Positions 37,553 through 49,509 of a stretch of 64,000 bases of DNA are shown one piece after another. The number at the start of each line of letters is the position of its first letter. Position 1 is the first letter of the stretch. The stretch is from Squalus acanthias (taxonomy: Eukaryota), in assembly GCA_030390025.1 (NCBI GenBank), contig CM059432.1, forward strand, positions 125,490,001 through 125,554,000, read 5' to 3'. Under the pieces are notes generated by a model, which saw nothing but the letters and a program-made list of their open reading frames with translations, ran no database searches and was not told the origin of the DNA. The position numbers were made by a program, and so were the translations under genes.

Positions 37553-38029
37553 TTTGCTTTCCCCAATAGCTCGGTGTGTTAATGCGATGCCCACCCAGTG
37601 TGTAACTGAACCATACAACTCCTGAAACACCCAGGGCCAATCATGGGCTTATTTTTGAATTGATGCATATCAAACAGATTCCGTTTTCACCAATTCTCTC
37701 TTCAAGGTACTGACCTCTGCTGCAATAAATTATTTTGGATGCCAGCAGCCCTCTCTGGTACCTCGTCCAAGTAGTAACTTTTCATGGGTGACCCTATAAT
37801 GTGAGCGTAAGCAAACTATTTGGCATGGGAACATTACAGCTGATTCTGATCTCAGCCAGGTGGTGGCAAGGACATTACAAGTGCCCCTGGTACCCCTAGG
37901 CTAGGGAGTAGAAAAGGGTTCGCCCTCCTGCTCTCTATCCAATGAACCATGCTGGACAGTATGCAGGTTGGACCAGCACAAGATCAGGCTCAAATGATGC
38001 CTGCCCATGAACAAATTGGAGGCCGGATT

Positions 38030-39142
38030 GAGTGGTATGTATGCGAATGCACAGAGAATGCAAAAAAAATTGGAGAGCTAGAAGACGTTGTGGAGGGATA
38101 TGATATGGGAGCTATAATGGAGATATGGCTTAAGTGTAGACAGAACTAGGAACTTAATATTCCCAGTTCTAACATTTTCAGGACAGATAAGGGGAGAAAG
38201 AATGGTGGTGGCGCGGCACTGGTTGTGAAGAATCCTACTAAACCGCTAAAATTCTACTACACCTAGGATGTCCTGGGAGTTGCGGTAAGACAGAACCCAG
38301 ATGTGTAGAACTAAGAAATAGGAAGGGAAATGGTACAATTCTTGGTGAGTAGAACGAGCCTCTAAGCAGTGGGGATAAGATGGAAGTGGAGATCTGAAGA
38401 TAGTTGAGAGAGCTATGCAAGAACAACATGGAAATAATGAGTGATTTTCACTGTCCCCAAAGGTAACGCATGTGATCAAAGTGAGGAATTTGTAGAATGT
38501 GTGTTTCTAGTCCAGCAATGAAATAAATGTTGCATGACTTTGTTCTGAGAACTGAAACTGGACAAATAGCTGATGTGAGAGTAGGATATCAATTGAGAAA
38601 TAGTAACCATAAAATAGTTAGGTTCAAAGTAACAACAGAAAACAACAAAGAGTCAAAGATAAGGGTGCTGGACTGAGAAAGGACAAAGTTCAGTAAGATA
38701 AAAGGGCATTTGGCCTAATTTAACTGGGAAGAAATGTTCACAAACAGGTTGACAGATCAGCAGTGGGAGATCTTCAAATTTAAGATGCATAAAGTAGAAA
38801 ATAAATATATTCCTATAAGGCGAACAGGGGCTGTATCAAAGTATAGATGTCTGTAGATGAATAGATTAAAACTAAACAGACTTAAAATGAGGCATATAAT
38901 AAAGTTAGGATGAATAATACTAAGGATAACCATGAGGAAGTGTAGCAGGAAGGTGAAAAGGGACGTTAGAAAGACTAAAAGGGAATATGAAAAAAAGACT
39001 AGCAGATAATGTAAAAGGAAATAGTAAAGGTTTGTATAAGCATATAAAAATTGAAAGATTAATTAAAGAGAGGTTAGGACCACTCAGCTGAAGGAGGGAG
39101 TCTAATTGTGGAGGATGAGGTTATGGCAGAGATAGTAAATAA
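38030..39142 (+). mobile_element. Old, heavily degraded CR1 endonuclease region
   Basis: Remnants such as YDMGAIMEIWL, KYIP and MAEIVNK are colinear with ORF2 at 24070-25240. Confidence 0.7.
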
Positions 39143-40565
39143 ATCATAGAATCATAGAATGGTTACAGCACAGAAAGAGGCAATTCGGCCCGTCGAGCCC
39201 GTGCCGGCTCCCAACAAGAGCACTTCAGCTTGTCCCAATCCCCCGCCCTTTCCCCGTAGCCCTGCAAATGTTTTCCTTCAGGTACTTATCCAACTCCCTG
39301 TTGAAAGCCATGATTGAGTCTGCCTCCACCACCCTTTCAGGCAGTGCACTCCAGATCCTAACCACTTGCTGCGTAAAAAAGTTTTTCTTATGTCGCCTTT
39401 GGTTCTTTTGCCAATCACCTTAAATCTGTGTCCTCTGGTTCTTGACCCTTCCACCAATGGGAACAGTTTCTTTCTGTCTACTCTGTCCAGACCCCTCATG
39501 ATTTTGAATACCTCTATCAAATCTCCTCTCACTCTTTTCTGCTATAAGGAGAACAACCCCAGCTACTCCAGTCTATTCATGTAACTGAAGTCCCTCATCC
39601 CTCGAATCATTCTCGTAAAGTTTTCTGCACCCTTTCTAAGGCCTTCACATCCTTCCTAAAGAGCGGTGCCCAGAACTGGACACAATACTCCAGTTGAGGC
39701 CGAACTAGTGTTTTATACAGGTTCATCATAATTTCCACGCTTTTGTACTCTGTACCTCTATTCATGAAGCCCAGGATCCCGTAAGCTTTTTTAACCGCTT
39801 TCTCAACCTGCCCTGCCACCTTCAATGATTTATGCACATATACCCGCAGGTCTCTCTGTTCATGCACCCACTTTAGGATTGTACCCTTTAGTTTATATTG
39901 CCTCGCCTCGTTCTTCCTACCAAAATGTATCACTTCACACTTTTCTGCGTTAAATTTCATCTGCCATGTGTCCACCCATTCCACCAGCCTGTCTATGTCC
40001 TCTTGAAGTCTATCACTCTCCTCCTCACTGTTCACTATACTTCCAAGTTTTGTGCCATCTGCAAATTTTGAAATTGTGCCCTGTACACCCACATCCAAGT
40101 CATTAATATATATCAAGAAAAGCAGTGGTCCTAGAACCGTCCCCCGGGGAACACCACTGTATACCTTCCTCCAGTCCGAAAAACAACCGTTCACCACTAC
40201 TCTCTCTTTCCTATCACTTAGCCAATTTCGTATCCATGCTGCCACTGTCCCTTTTATACCATGGGCTTCAACTTTGCTGGCAAGCCTATTATGTGGCACT
40301 TTGTCGAACGTCTTTTGAAATCCATGTACACCACGTCAACCGCATTGCCCTCATCAACCCTCTCTGTTACCTCATCAAAAAACTCGATCAAGTTGGTTAA
40401 ACATGATTTGCCTTTAACAAATCCATGCTGGCTTTCCTTAATTAATCCACACTTGTCCAAGTGACTGTTAATTTTGTTCCTGATTATTGTTTCTAAAAGT
40501 TTCCCCACTACCAAGGTTAAACTAACTGGCCTGTAGTTGCTGGGTTTATCTTTACACCCTTTTTT
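39143..40565 (-). mobile_element. 5'-truncated CR1 LINE
   Basis: (attctatg)n tail at 39143; RT motifs in ORFs 40254-40628, 39607-40299 and 39278-39532. Confidence 0.92.
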
Positions 40566-42599
40566 TCCGCTTGCTCCCGGCGAAGAGACTCGAGGTGTTC
40601 GGCGCCTTCCCGGATGCTTCTCCTCCACTTTGTGCGGTCTTGGGCCAGGGATTCCCAGGTGTCGGTGGGGATGTTACACTTTTTCAAGGAGGCTTTGAGG
40701 GTGTCCTTGAAGCGTTTCCTCTGCCCTCCTGGGACTCTCTTGCTGTGTCGGAGCTCCGAGTACAATGCTTGTTTTGGGAGTCTCGTATCGGACATGCGGA
40801 CGATGTGACCCGTCCATCGGAGCTGATCGAGCGTGGTCAAAGCTTTGATGCTGGGGATGTTGGTCTGAACGAGAACACTGACGTTGGTGCACCTATCCTG
40901 CCAATGGACTTGCAGGATCTTGCGGAGGCAGCGTTGGTGGTGCCTCTCCAGTGCTTTGAGGTGCCTGCTGTACATGGTCCATGTCTCTGCGGCAGGTATC
41001 ACTACTGCTCTGTAGACCATGAGCTTGGTGCCGGGTTTGAGGTCCTGGCCTTCAAACACTCTCTTCCTCAGGCGACCGAAGGCTGCACTGGCACACTGAA
41101 GGCAGTGCTGGACTTCGTCATCGACGTCTGCCCTTGTTGACAGTAGGCTCCTGAGGTATGGAATGTGGTCCACGTTGTCCAAGGCCTTGTCGTGGATTTT
41201 GATAATCCGGGGGCAGGTTGGTAGAGGACCTTTGTCTTACAGATGTTTAGTGTAAGGCCCATGCTCTCGTACGCTTCGGTGAAGGTGTTGACGATGGTTT
41301 GGCGTTCGACCTCCAAGTGTGCGCAGATGCAAGCGTCGTCTGCATACTGTAATTCGACGACAGAGGATGGGACGACCTTGGATCTGGACTGGAGGCGACG
41401 GAGGTTGAACAGTTTCCCATTTGTTCTGTAGATTAGCTCCACTCCAGCGGGGAGCTTACTGAGGGTGAGATGGAGCATTGCAGCAAGGAAGATCGGGAAG
41501 AGCGTTGGTGTGATGACACAGCCTTGCTTGACCCCGGTCCGTACGTGAATTGGGTCTGTGGTGGGACCGTTGGTCAGGATCACGGCTTGCATGTTGCCGT
41601 GAAGCAGGCGGAGGATGGTGACAAACTTTTGAGGGCAGCCGAATTTGAGGAGGACACTCCATAATCCCTCACGGTTGACAGTGTCGAAGGCCTTTGTGAG
41701 GTCAAAGAAGGCCATGTACAGCGGTTGGTGCTGTTCTCTGCATTTCTCTTGTAATTGACACGCGGTGAAAATCATGTCCATTGTGCCCCTTAGTGGGCGG
41801 AATCCGCATTGTGACTCTGGGAGGAGCTCTTCAGCCACTGGGAGAAGGCGATTGAGGAGGATTCTTGCGATGACTTTCCCTGTGGCAGACAGCAGGGAAA
41901 CTCCTCTGTAATTACCCTAATCGGACTTGTCACCTTTCTTGAAGATGGTCACAATTACAGCATCTCTGAGATCCCCTGGCATGCTCTCCTCCTTCCAGAT
42001 AAGAGAAATTAGTTTATGAATTCACACCAGTAGTGCTTCTCCGCTATGCTTTAGCGCCTCGGCAGGGATTCCATCTGCTCCTGAGGCCTTGTTGTTCTTC
42101 AGTTATCGGATGGCCTTTTCAACCTCATGCCGGGCTGGGGTTGTGCTGAGATGGTGGCGGGTAGCATGCTGCGGGATGGAGTTGAGGACACTCACGTCGA
42201 AGACAGAGTCTCGGTTAAGGAGATCTTCGAAGTGCTCCTTCCAGCGGGCACTGACTGTGTCCCTGTCCTTGATGAGTACCTCTCCGTTCTTGGCCCGCAG
42301 TGAGGTAGGACCTTGGGTGCTTGGGCCGTAGGTGGTCTTGACTGCGCTAAAGAATCCACGCACATCGTGGTTGTTGGCTAGCTGCTGGATCTCCTGCGCT
42401 TTCTCCACCCACCATCTGTTCTTTAGGTCACGAGTTTTTTGTTGGATCTCGGCCTTCAGGCATCTGTAGAGCTGCTTTCTTGCTCTCGAGTTCTGTTGCT
42501 GTTTCCAGATCAGGAATGCCTTGCGCTTGCGGCTTATTAGCTCCTGGATCTCCTGGTCGTTCTCGTCGAACCAGTCTTGGTGTTTCCTGGTTGAGTGAC

Positions 42600-45500
42600 A
42601 TAAGAACATAAGAAGTAGGAGCAGGAGTAGGCCATATGGCCCCTCGGGCCTGCTCCGCCATTCAATAGGATCATGGCTGATCCGAACCTAGACTCACGTC
42701 CACTTCCCTGCCCGCTCCCCATAACCCTTAATTCCCTTATCAGCTAGGAAACTGTCTATCTCCGTTTTAAATTTATTTAATGTCGCAGCTTCCACAGCTC
42801 TCTGAGGTAGCAAATTCCATAGATTTATTACCCTCTGAGTGAAGAAGTTTCTCCTCATCTCAGTTTTGAAACGGCAGCCCCTTATTCTAAGATTATGCCC
42901 CCTAGTTCTAGTTTCACCCATCAGTGGAAACATCCTCTCCGCCTCCACCCAATCAAGCCCCCTCACAATCTTATATGTTTCGATAAGATCGCCTCTCATT
43001 CTTCTGAATTCCAATGAGTAGAGGCCCAATCTACTTAACCTTTCCTCATATGTCAACCCCCTCATCTCCGGAATCAACCGAGTGAACGTTTTCTGAACTG
43101 CCTCGAGAGCAAGTATATCTTTTCTTAAATATGGAAACCAAAACTGTACACAGTATTCCAGGTGCGGCCTCACCAGTACCTTGTATAACTGAAGCAAGAC
43201 TTCCCTGCTTTTATACTCCATCCCCCTTGCAATAAAAGCCAAGATTCCATTGGCCTTCCTGATCACCTGCTGTACCTGCATACTAACCTTCTGTGTTTCA
43301 TGCACCAGGACCCCCAGATCCTTTTGTACTGTAGCACTTTGCAGTTTCTTTCCATTTAGATAATAACTTGCTCTTTGATTTTTTCTGCCAAAGTGCATAA
43401 CCTCACACTTTCCAACATTATATTCCATCTGCCAAATTTCCGCCCACTCACTTAGCCTGTCTATGTCCTTTTGCAGGTTTTTCATGTCCTCCTCACTCAC
43501 TGCTTTTCCTCCCATCTTTGTATCGTCAGCAAACTTGGATACGTTGCACTTGGTCCCCTCCTCCAAATCGTTAATATAGATTGTAAAGAGTTGGGGTCCC
43601 AGCACTGACCCTTGCGGAACACCACTAGTTACTGATTGCCAACCCAAGAATGAACCATTTATCTCAACTCTCTGTTTTCTGTTAGATAGCCAATCTTCCA
43701 CCCATGCCAGTATATTACCCCCAATCCCGTGATTTTTTATCTTGTGCAGTAATCTTGTGTGTGGCACCTTATCAAATGCCTTTTGGAAGTCCAAATACAC
43801 CACATCCACTGGTTCCCCTTTATCCACCCTGTTTGTTGCGTCCTCAAAGAATTCGAGTAAATTTGTCAAGCATGATTTCCCCTTCATAAAACCATGCTGA
43901 CTCTGTCCGATTAAATTATGCTTATCCAAATGTCCTGTTACTGCTTCCTTAATAATGGACTCCAACATTTTACCAACCACAGATGTTAGGCTAACTGGTC
44001 TATAGTTTTCAGCCTTTTGTCTACCTCCCTTTTTAAATAAGGGCGTTACTTTAGCAGTTTTCCAATCTGCTGGGACCTTTCCCGAATCCAGGGAGTTTTG
44101 GAAAATTACCACCAATGCATCCGCAATCCCTACCGCTGCTTCTCTCAAGATCCTAGGATGTAAGTCATCAGGTCCAGGGGATTTATCCACCTTAAGTCCC
44201 ATTATCTTACCGAGTACCATCTCCTTAGTGATTTTAATCGTGTTTAGCTCCTCCCCCCCATAGCCCCCCGTTTGTCCAGTGTTGGGATATTTTTAGTATC
44301 CTCTACTGTAAAGACTGATACAAAATATTTGTTCAGCGTATTTGCCATCTCCATGTTCCCCACTACTAATTTCCCGGTCTCGTCCTCTAAGGGACCAACA
44401 TTCACTTTAGCCACCCTTTTTCTTTTTATATAACTGTAGAAACTCTTGCTATCTGTTTTTATATTTTTTGCTAGTTTACTTTCATAATCTATCTTTCCCT
44501 TCTTAATTAATCTTTTAGTTATTCTTTGCTGTCTTTTAAATGCTTCCCAATCTTCTATCCTCCCACTAGATTTGGCTACTTTATATGCCCTTGTTTTCAG
44601 TCGGATACTATCCTTTATTACTTTACTTAGCCATGGGTGGCTGTCTTTTCTTTTACGCCCCTTTTTCCTCAGCGGAATATATTTTTCTTGAAAGTTGTGA
44701 AATACCTCCTTGAATGTACACCACTGCTCCTGTACCATCTTACACCTTAATCTATTTTCCCAGTCCACTTTAGTCAACTCTGCTCTCATACCTTCATAGT
44801 CTCCTTTATTTAAGCTTAGTACGCTGGTTTGAGATCCAACTCTCTCACCCCCCCAACTGAATTTGGAATTCAACCATGTTATGGTCACTCATTCCAAGGG
44901 GATCCTTTACTAGGACATTTTTTATTAATCCTGTCTCATTACACAGGAATCTAAGATTGCCTGCCCCCTGGTTGGTTCAGTAACATACTGCTCAAGGAAC
45001 CCATCCCTAATGCACTCCATGAACTCTTCCTCAAGGCTGCCCTGCCCAATTTGATTTGTCCAGTCAATATGAAAGTTAAAATCTTCCATGATTATAGCTG
45101 TTCCCTTATTACAAGCCCCAACTATTTCCTGATTTATACTCCGACCAATAGAGTTACAACTGTTAGGAGGCCTATAGACTACGCCTACTAGTGACTTTTT
45201 CCCCTTATTATTCCTTATCTCCACCCAAACTGTTTCACTATCCTGATCCTTTGACCCAATATCATTTCTCACTATTGCAGTGATTCCATCCTTTATTAAC
45301 ATAACCACCCCACCTCCCTTTCCTTCCTGTCTGTCCTTCCTAATAGTCAAATACCCCTGGATGTTTAGTTCCCAGTCATGGTCAACTCGCAGCCATGTTT
45401 CTGTAATGGCCACCAGATCATACCCATATGTAGTTATTTGTACCGTCAACTCGTCTATTTTGTTACGAATGCTGCGTGCATTCAGATAAAGAACTTTTAA

Positions 45501-47338
45501 ACATGTTGTGACAATTTATTCCTGCTTTTACCCCCTTTACTACTTTACCTTTATCTTTATATATTCTGTCCCTTCCTGACACGCTCTGGTTTTTAATTTC
45601 CCCACAGCTAATTTGCTCTATTGCCTTCTCCGCTGACATTTTTATTCTTCGCTCTCTTGAAACCTCCCCCCCACTAATTAGTTTAAAGCCCTCTCTACAG
45701 CCCTAGTTATTCGATTCGCCAGGATTCTAGTCCCAGCACTGGCCAAGTGAAGTCCGTCCCAATGGAACAGCTCTCTCCCGTCCCAGTACTGGTGCCAGTG
45801 TTCCAAGAAGCAAAACCCATTTCTCCCACACCAGTCTTTGAGCCACGCATTTAACTCTCTGATTTTATTTACCCTAGCCAAATTTGCTCGTGGCTCAGGT
45901 AGTAATCCAAAGATTATTACCCTTGTGGTTCTGCTTTTTAATTTGGCCCCTAGCTGCTCATACTCCCTCAACAGAACCTCTTTCCTTGTCCTATCTATGT
46001 CGTTGGTACCAACATGGACCACGACAACTGGATCCTCCCCCTCCCGCTCCAAGTTTCTCTCCCGCCCAGAGGAGATGTCTTTAACCCTGGCACTGGGCAG
46101 GCAACACAACCTTCGGGACTCTCGCTCTCGGCTGCAAAGAACCCTATCTATCCCCCTTATGATACTATCCCCTACCACTACAACATTTCTTTTTACTCCC
46201 CCCACTTGAATGGCCCCCCGTTCCACGGTGCTGTGGCCAGGTTGCTCATCCTCCCTGCAGTCCCTGCTCCCGTCCTCACAGGGAGTAAGAGCCTCGAACC
46301 TGTTGGACAAGAGCAAGGGCTGCGGCTACTTCAACACTACCTCCTGGATCCCCGTACCTGCCTCACTCATAGTCACACCCTCCTGTCCCTGACCACGGAC
46401 TACATCTGAATTAGTTAATCTAATTGGTGTGACTACTTCCTGGAACACAGAGTCCAGGTAACTCTCCCCCTCCCTGATGTGTCATAGTGTTTGAAGCTCG
46501 GACTCCAGCTCATCAACACAGAGCCGGAGTTCCTCGAGCAGCCAACACTTACTGCAAATGTGATCACCGTGAGCATCAATGGTGTCCACCAGCTCCCACA
46601 TATTGCAGCAGTAACACATCACCTGCTCTCCCAATCTATGTGATTAATTAAATTTATTAATATTTTTTAAATACCCTCTGCCCCGCCTGATGAATATCAC
46701 ACCTTAGAAACTATAAACCACAGAGTTTAAGTTTAAAAAGAGAGAAATACTCACCAACCAATTACTTACCTGCTTTCTGGTGACGTCACACCTCGATTAT
46801 CTTTTACCTCTCTCCCTCCCTCCGAGTTCGGAGACTGGTCCCGCCTTACCTGGTCTCTGGAACCTTTTAAACCCTCTGCCGCCGCCTCGCCTCATGCAGG
46901 TCCGCCGCCGCACCAGGAAGCTGACAAAGATGGAAAAAGGAAGGAACACCTCCCTCCCCAAACTCCCTCACTCACCAAACTCGCAGCTTAACACTCTGTT
47001 CCAATCTGCACTCTGTGACAAACTGCACTCTAGTCTCCCTTATTTATACTGCTGAGATTTAAATAAGTGAGCTCTCTGGCAGTTACAGAACCAGATTAGA
47101 CCAGTTCATTAATTAATTACTCTCACCTGCTCTCCAGCACAGAGCTTGCTTAGCCCTGCCCAAGCCTGGAAGAAACTTAAAACTTGAAACAGTAAATTTA
47201 AATGCTAATTGCAAGCACACAAGACTAGAATTTATAAAAATAAGAGATTAACCTTTAAGATTTACTCCCTCACTCACCAAACTCGCAGCTTAACACTCTG
47301 TTCCAATCTGCACTCCGTGACAAACTGCACTCTAGTCT
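42600..47338 (-). mobile_element. Full-length CR1 LINE inserted in the RTE, 5-bp TSD gtgac
   Basis: RT ORF 42694-44220, EN 44244-45490, esterase ORF1 45678-46640; gtgac at 42595-42599 and 47339-47343. Confidence 0.95.
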
Positions 47339-47409
47339 GTGACCGAGCGTCTCTTCACAGGTGCTGATTATGGAGGCCTTGAGCGCAGAGCAGGCGCTGT
47401 TGACACTCT

Positions 47410-48222
47410 GGGCTGGATTTTCAATGACCCGTGGAGTCGGGTTTGGAGGCGGGGGGGGTGGGGGGGGGGGGTTAAAGTTGCAGATTCGGGAGTCCCGACC
47501 CCATCCCGCCTCCAACCCGCCTCCATGCCAGTTTCGCTGGCGGCGGGTACCCGACCTGTGCTGAGACCCGACTCCCCGAGGTGGGAAGGGATTAGTGACA
47601 ATTATCCCTATTTTAAAAAGAAAAGTGTGAGCTTCCCAACAGGTGGCAACCATGCCAAGTAATCGGGGCGGACCGTGGGTCTGCAGGGGTTGGAGGGGTC
47701 GATATGTCCGGTGGGCAGGTGAGTGATGGGTGCATGTGTGCAGAGGTAAGTGTGTAAGGTAAGTGCTAATTGTTGGAAAAAGTTTTACTTACCTTAACTT
47801 CCTCCTGCAGGTGTCAGCCCTTCAGTTCTCGGGAGTCAGAAATCTCACCGGCACAGAAAGCAGGAAAGCCGTGGTTCTGTCAAAAACTGCAGCCTTCTGT
47901 TTTCTGTGCTGGAATGATTTCTAACTCAGCCTGAGAGGAAGGACTGAAGTTAGAAATCATATTGTGAGTGTTTGACAGCTTCAAAGAGCTGTCAAACGTT
48001 GATATTTCATCTGTCAAAAGCTCTTGACAGATGAAATGTCAATCTGTGATGTCACCTGTTGCCGGGTAGCCCTTAATTGGCCTGCTGAGCCCACTGGGCG
48101 GGCTCAACAAGGTCAATCAAGGGAAAATACAGTGGGTTGGCCACATCTCGATGGAGGCGGGTTCACAAGCCAGAATGTGTGATTCCCGACACCAACCCGA
48201 CCCCAGATTCAAAATCCAGCCC
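47410..48222. mobile_element. Non-autonomous PIF/Harbinger-like DNA transposon (MITE)
   Basis: Perfect 12-bp TIRs gggctggatttt / aaaatccagccc, 3-bp TSD tct; removing it restores the RTE sequence. Confidence 0.85.
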
Positions 48223-49509
48223 TCTGTTTCTCTGAATCACTGGGAGTCGTCAGGTTGGTTGTGAGGCGCAGGCTGAATAGGGCTTTCTTAGCGGGGTCTT
48301 TGAGTGCTCCAGCGTTGATTTTCCTGCGGCATTGTTTCTGTTGCCACCGCTCTTTTGGGGCTACAATGATGGAGATGACAGAATGGATTAGGCGGTGGTC
48401 TGTCCAGCAGTTGTCAGCTCCTGTCATGGCGCGGGTGATGCGGACGTCCTTGCAGTCCCTCGCTCGGATGATGACGTAGTCCAGCAGATGCCAGTGCTTG
48501 GAGCGAGGGTGCTGCCATGAAGCCTTATACTTGTCTCTCTGACGGAACAAGATATTGGTTATGACAAGGCCATGTTCTAAGCATTTCGTCAGGAGGAGGG
48601 TCTGTGTCCTTTCCAACTCTGGCGTTAAAGTCGCCAAGGAGGATCAGCTTGGCGCCCGTTGGGACTTGGGACAGGGATTGTTCGAGGCTGGAGTAGAATT
48701 CCTCTTTGGTCTCGTCTGTGGCTTCCAGTGTTGGGGCATACGCACTGATGACCGTAGCACACTGGTTCCGGGCTAGGGTGAGCCGAAGAGTCATGAGGCG
48801 CTCGTTTATACCGCTAGGAGAGGCTCTGAGACGCCCAACTAATTCATTTTTTATGGCGAAGCCTACCCCATGGAGGCGGCGTTCTTCTTCTGGTTTGCCT
48901 TTCCAGAAGAAGGTGTAACCACCGCCTTGCTCCTTGAGCTGGCCTTCCCCTGCCCGCCGGGTCTCACTTAGGGCGGCGATGTCAATGTTGAAATGTCTGA
49001 GCTCCCGGGCAATGATAGTAGTACAGCGTTCCAGTCTGTCACTGTTGGGGTTGTCCATGAGGGTCCTGATGTTCCCGGTCCCGAACTTCATTTTAAAGGG
49101 TGGAAGATGCCTGTGCGTGAATTCTTTTAACGTGGGGTGGCCGTTGGACACCAGCTACCACTTGGGCTTGACAGAGCAAGGTCTTGGTCCAATGGCAAGG
49201 GGATCCAAGACGATTGAAGACCAGGCTCTGCTACATCGGCCTAGCACACACACACAAACATACTGCTACTGTCCTCCTCCCTCCTTCTCGCAGGTCCTCT
49301 CTGCCTGTTGGCTCGTGCTGCACCTTCCCTGGGCCCCGACCCCACTGCTGGTCCACGCTGCGCCACTCCTGGGCCTTGACCTCGCTGCTGGGCTCGTCCT
49401 CGCTCCTGGGTCCTGGCCTCGGACATGAATGATGTTGTCTCTCACAGGATCAAATTAGCACTGATATTCTCGCGATCAAATAAAGAAACAAAAGATGAGT
49501 CAAGAAGAG

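Larger units (their letters stand above)
40566..49240 (-). mobile_element. RTE-clade LINE split in three (40566-42599, 47339-47409, 48223-49240)
   Basis: EN ORF 48525-49151 (ALSETR, YAPT, GDFNARVG); RT ESQCGFR, FDLTKAFD, QYADD (41068-41838); frame CEETLGH|STRKH is continuous across the CR1 insert. Confidence 0.92.
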
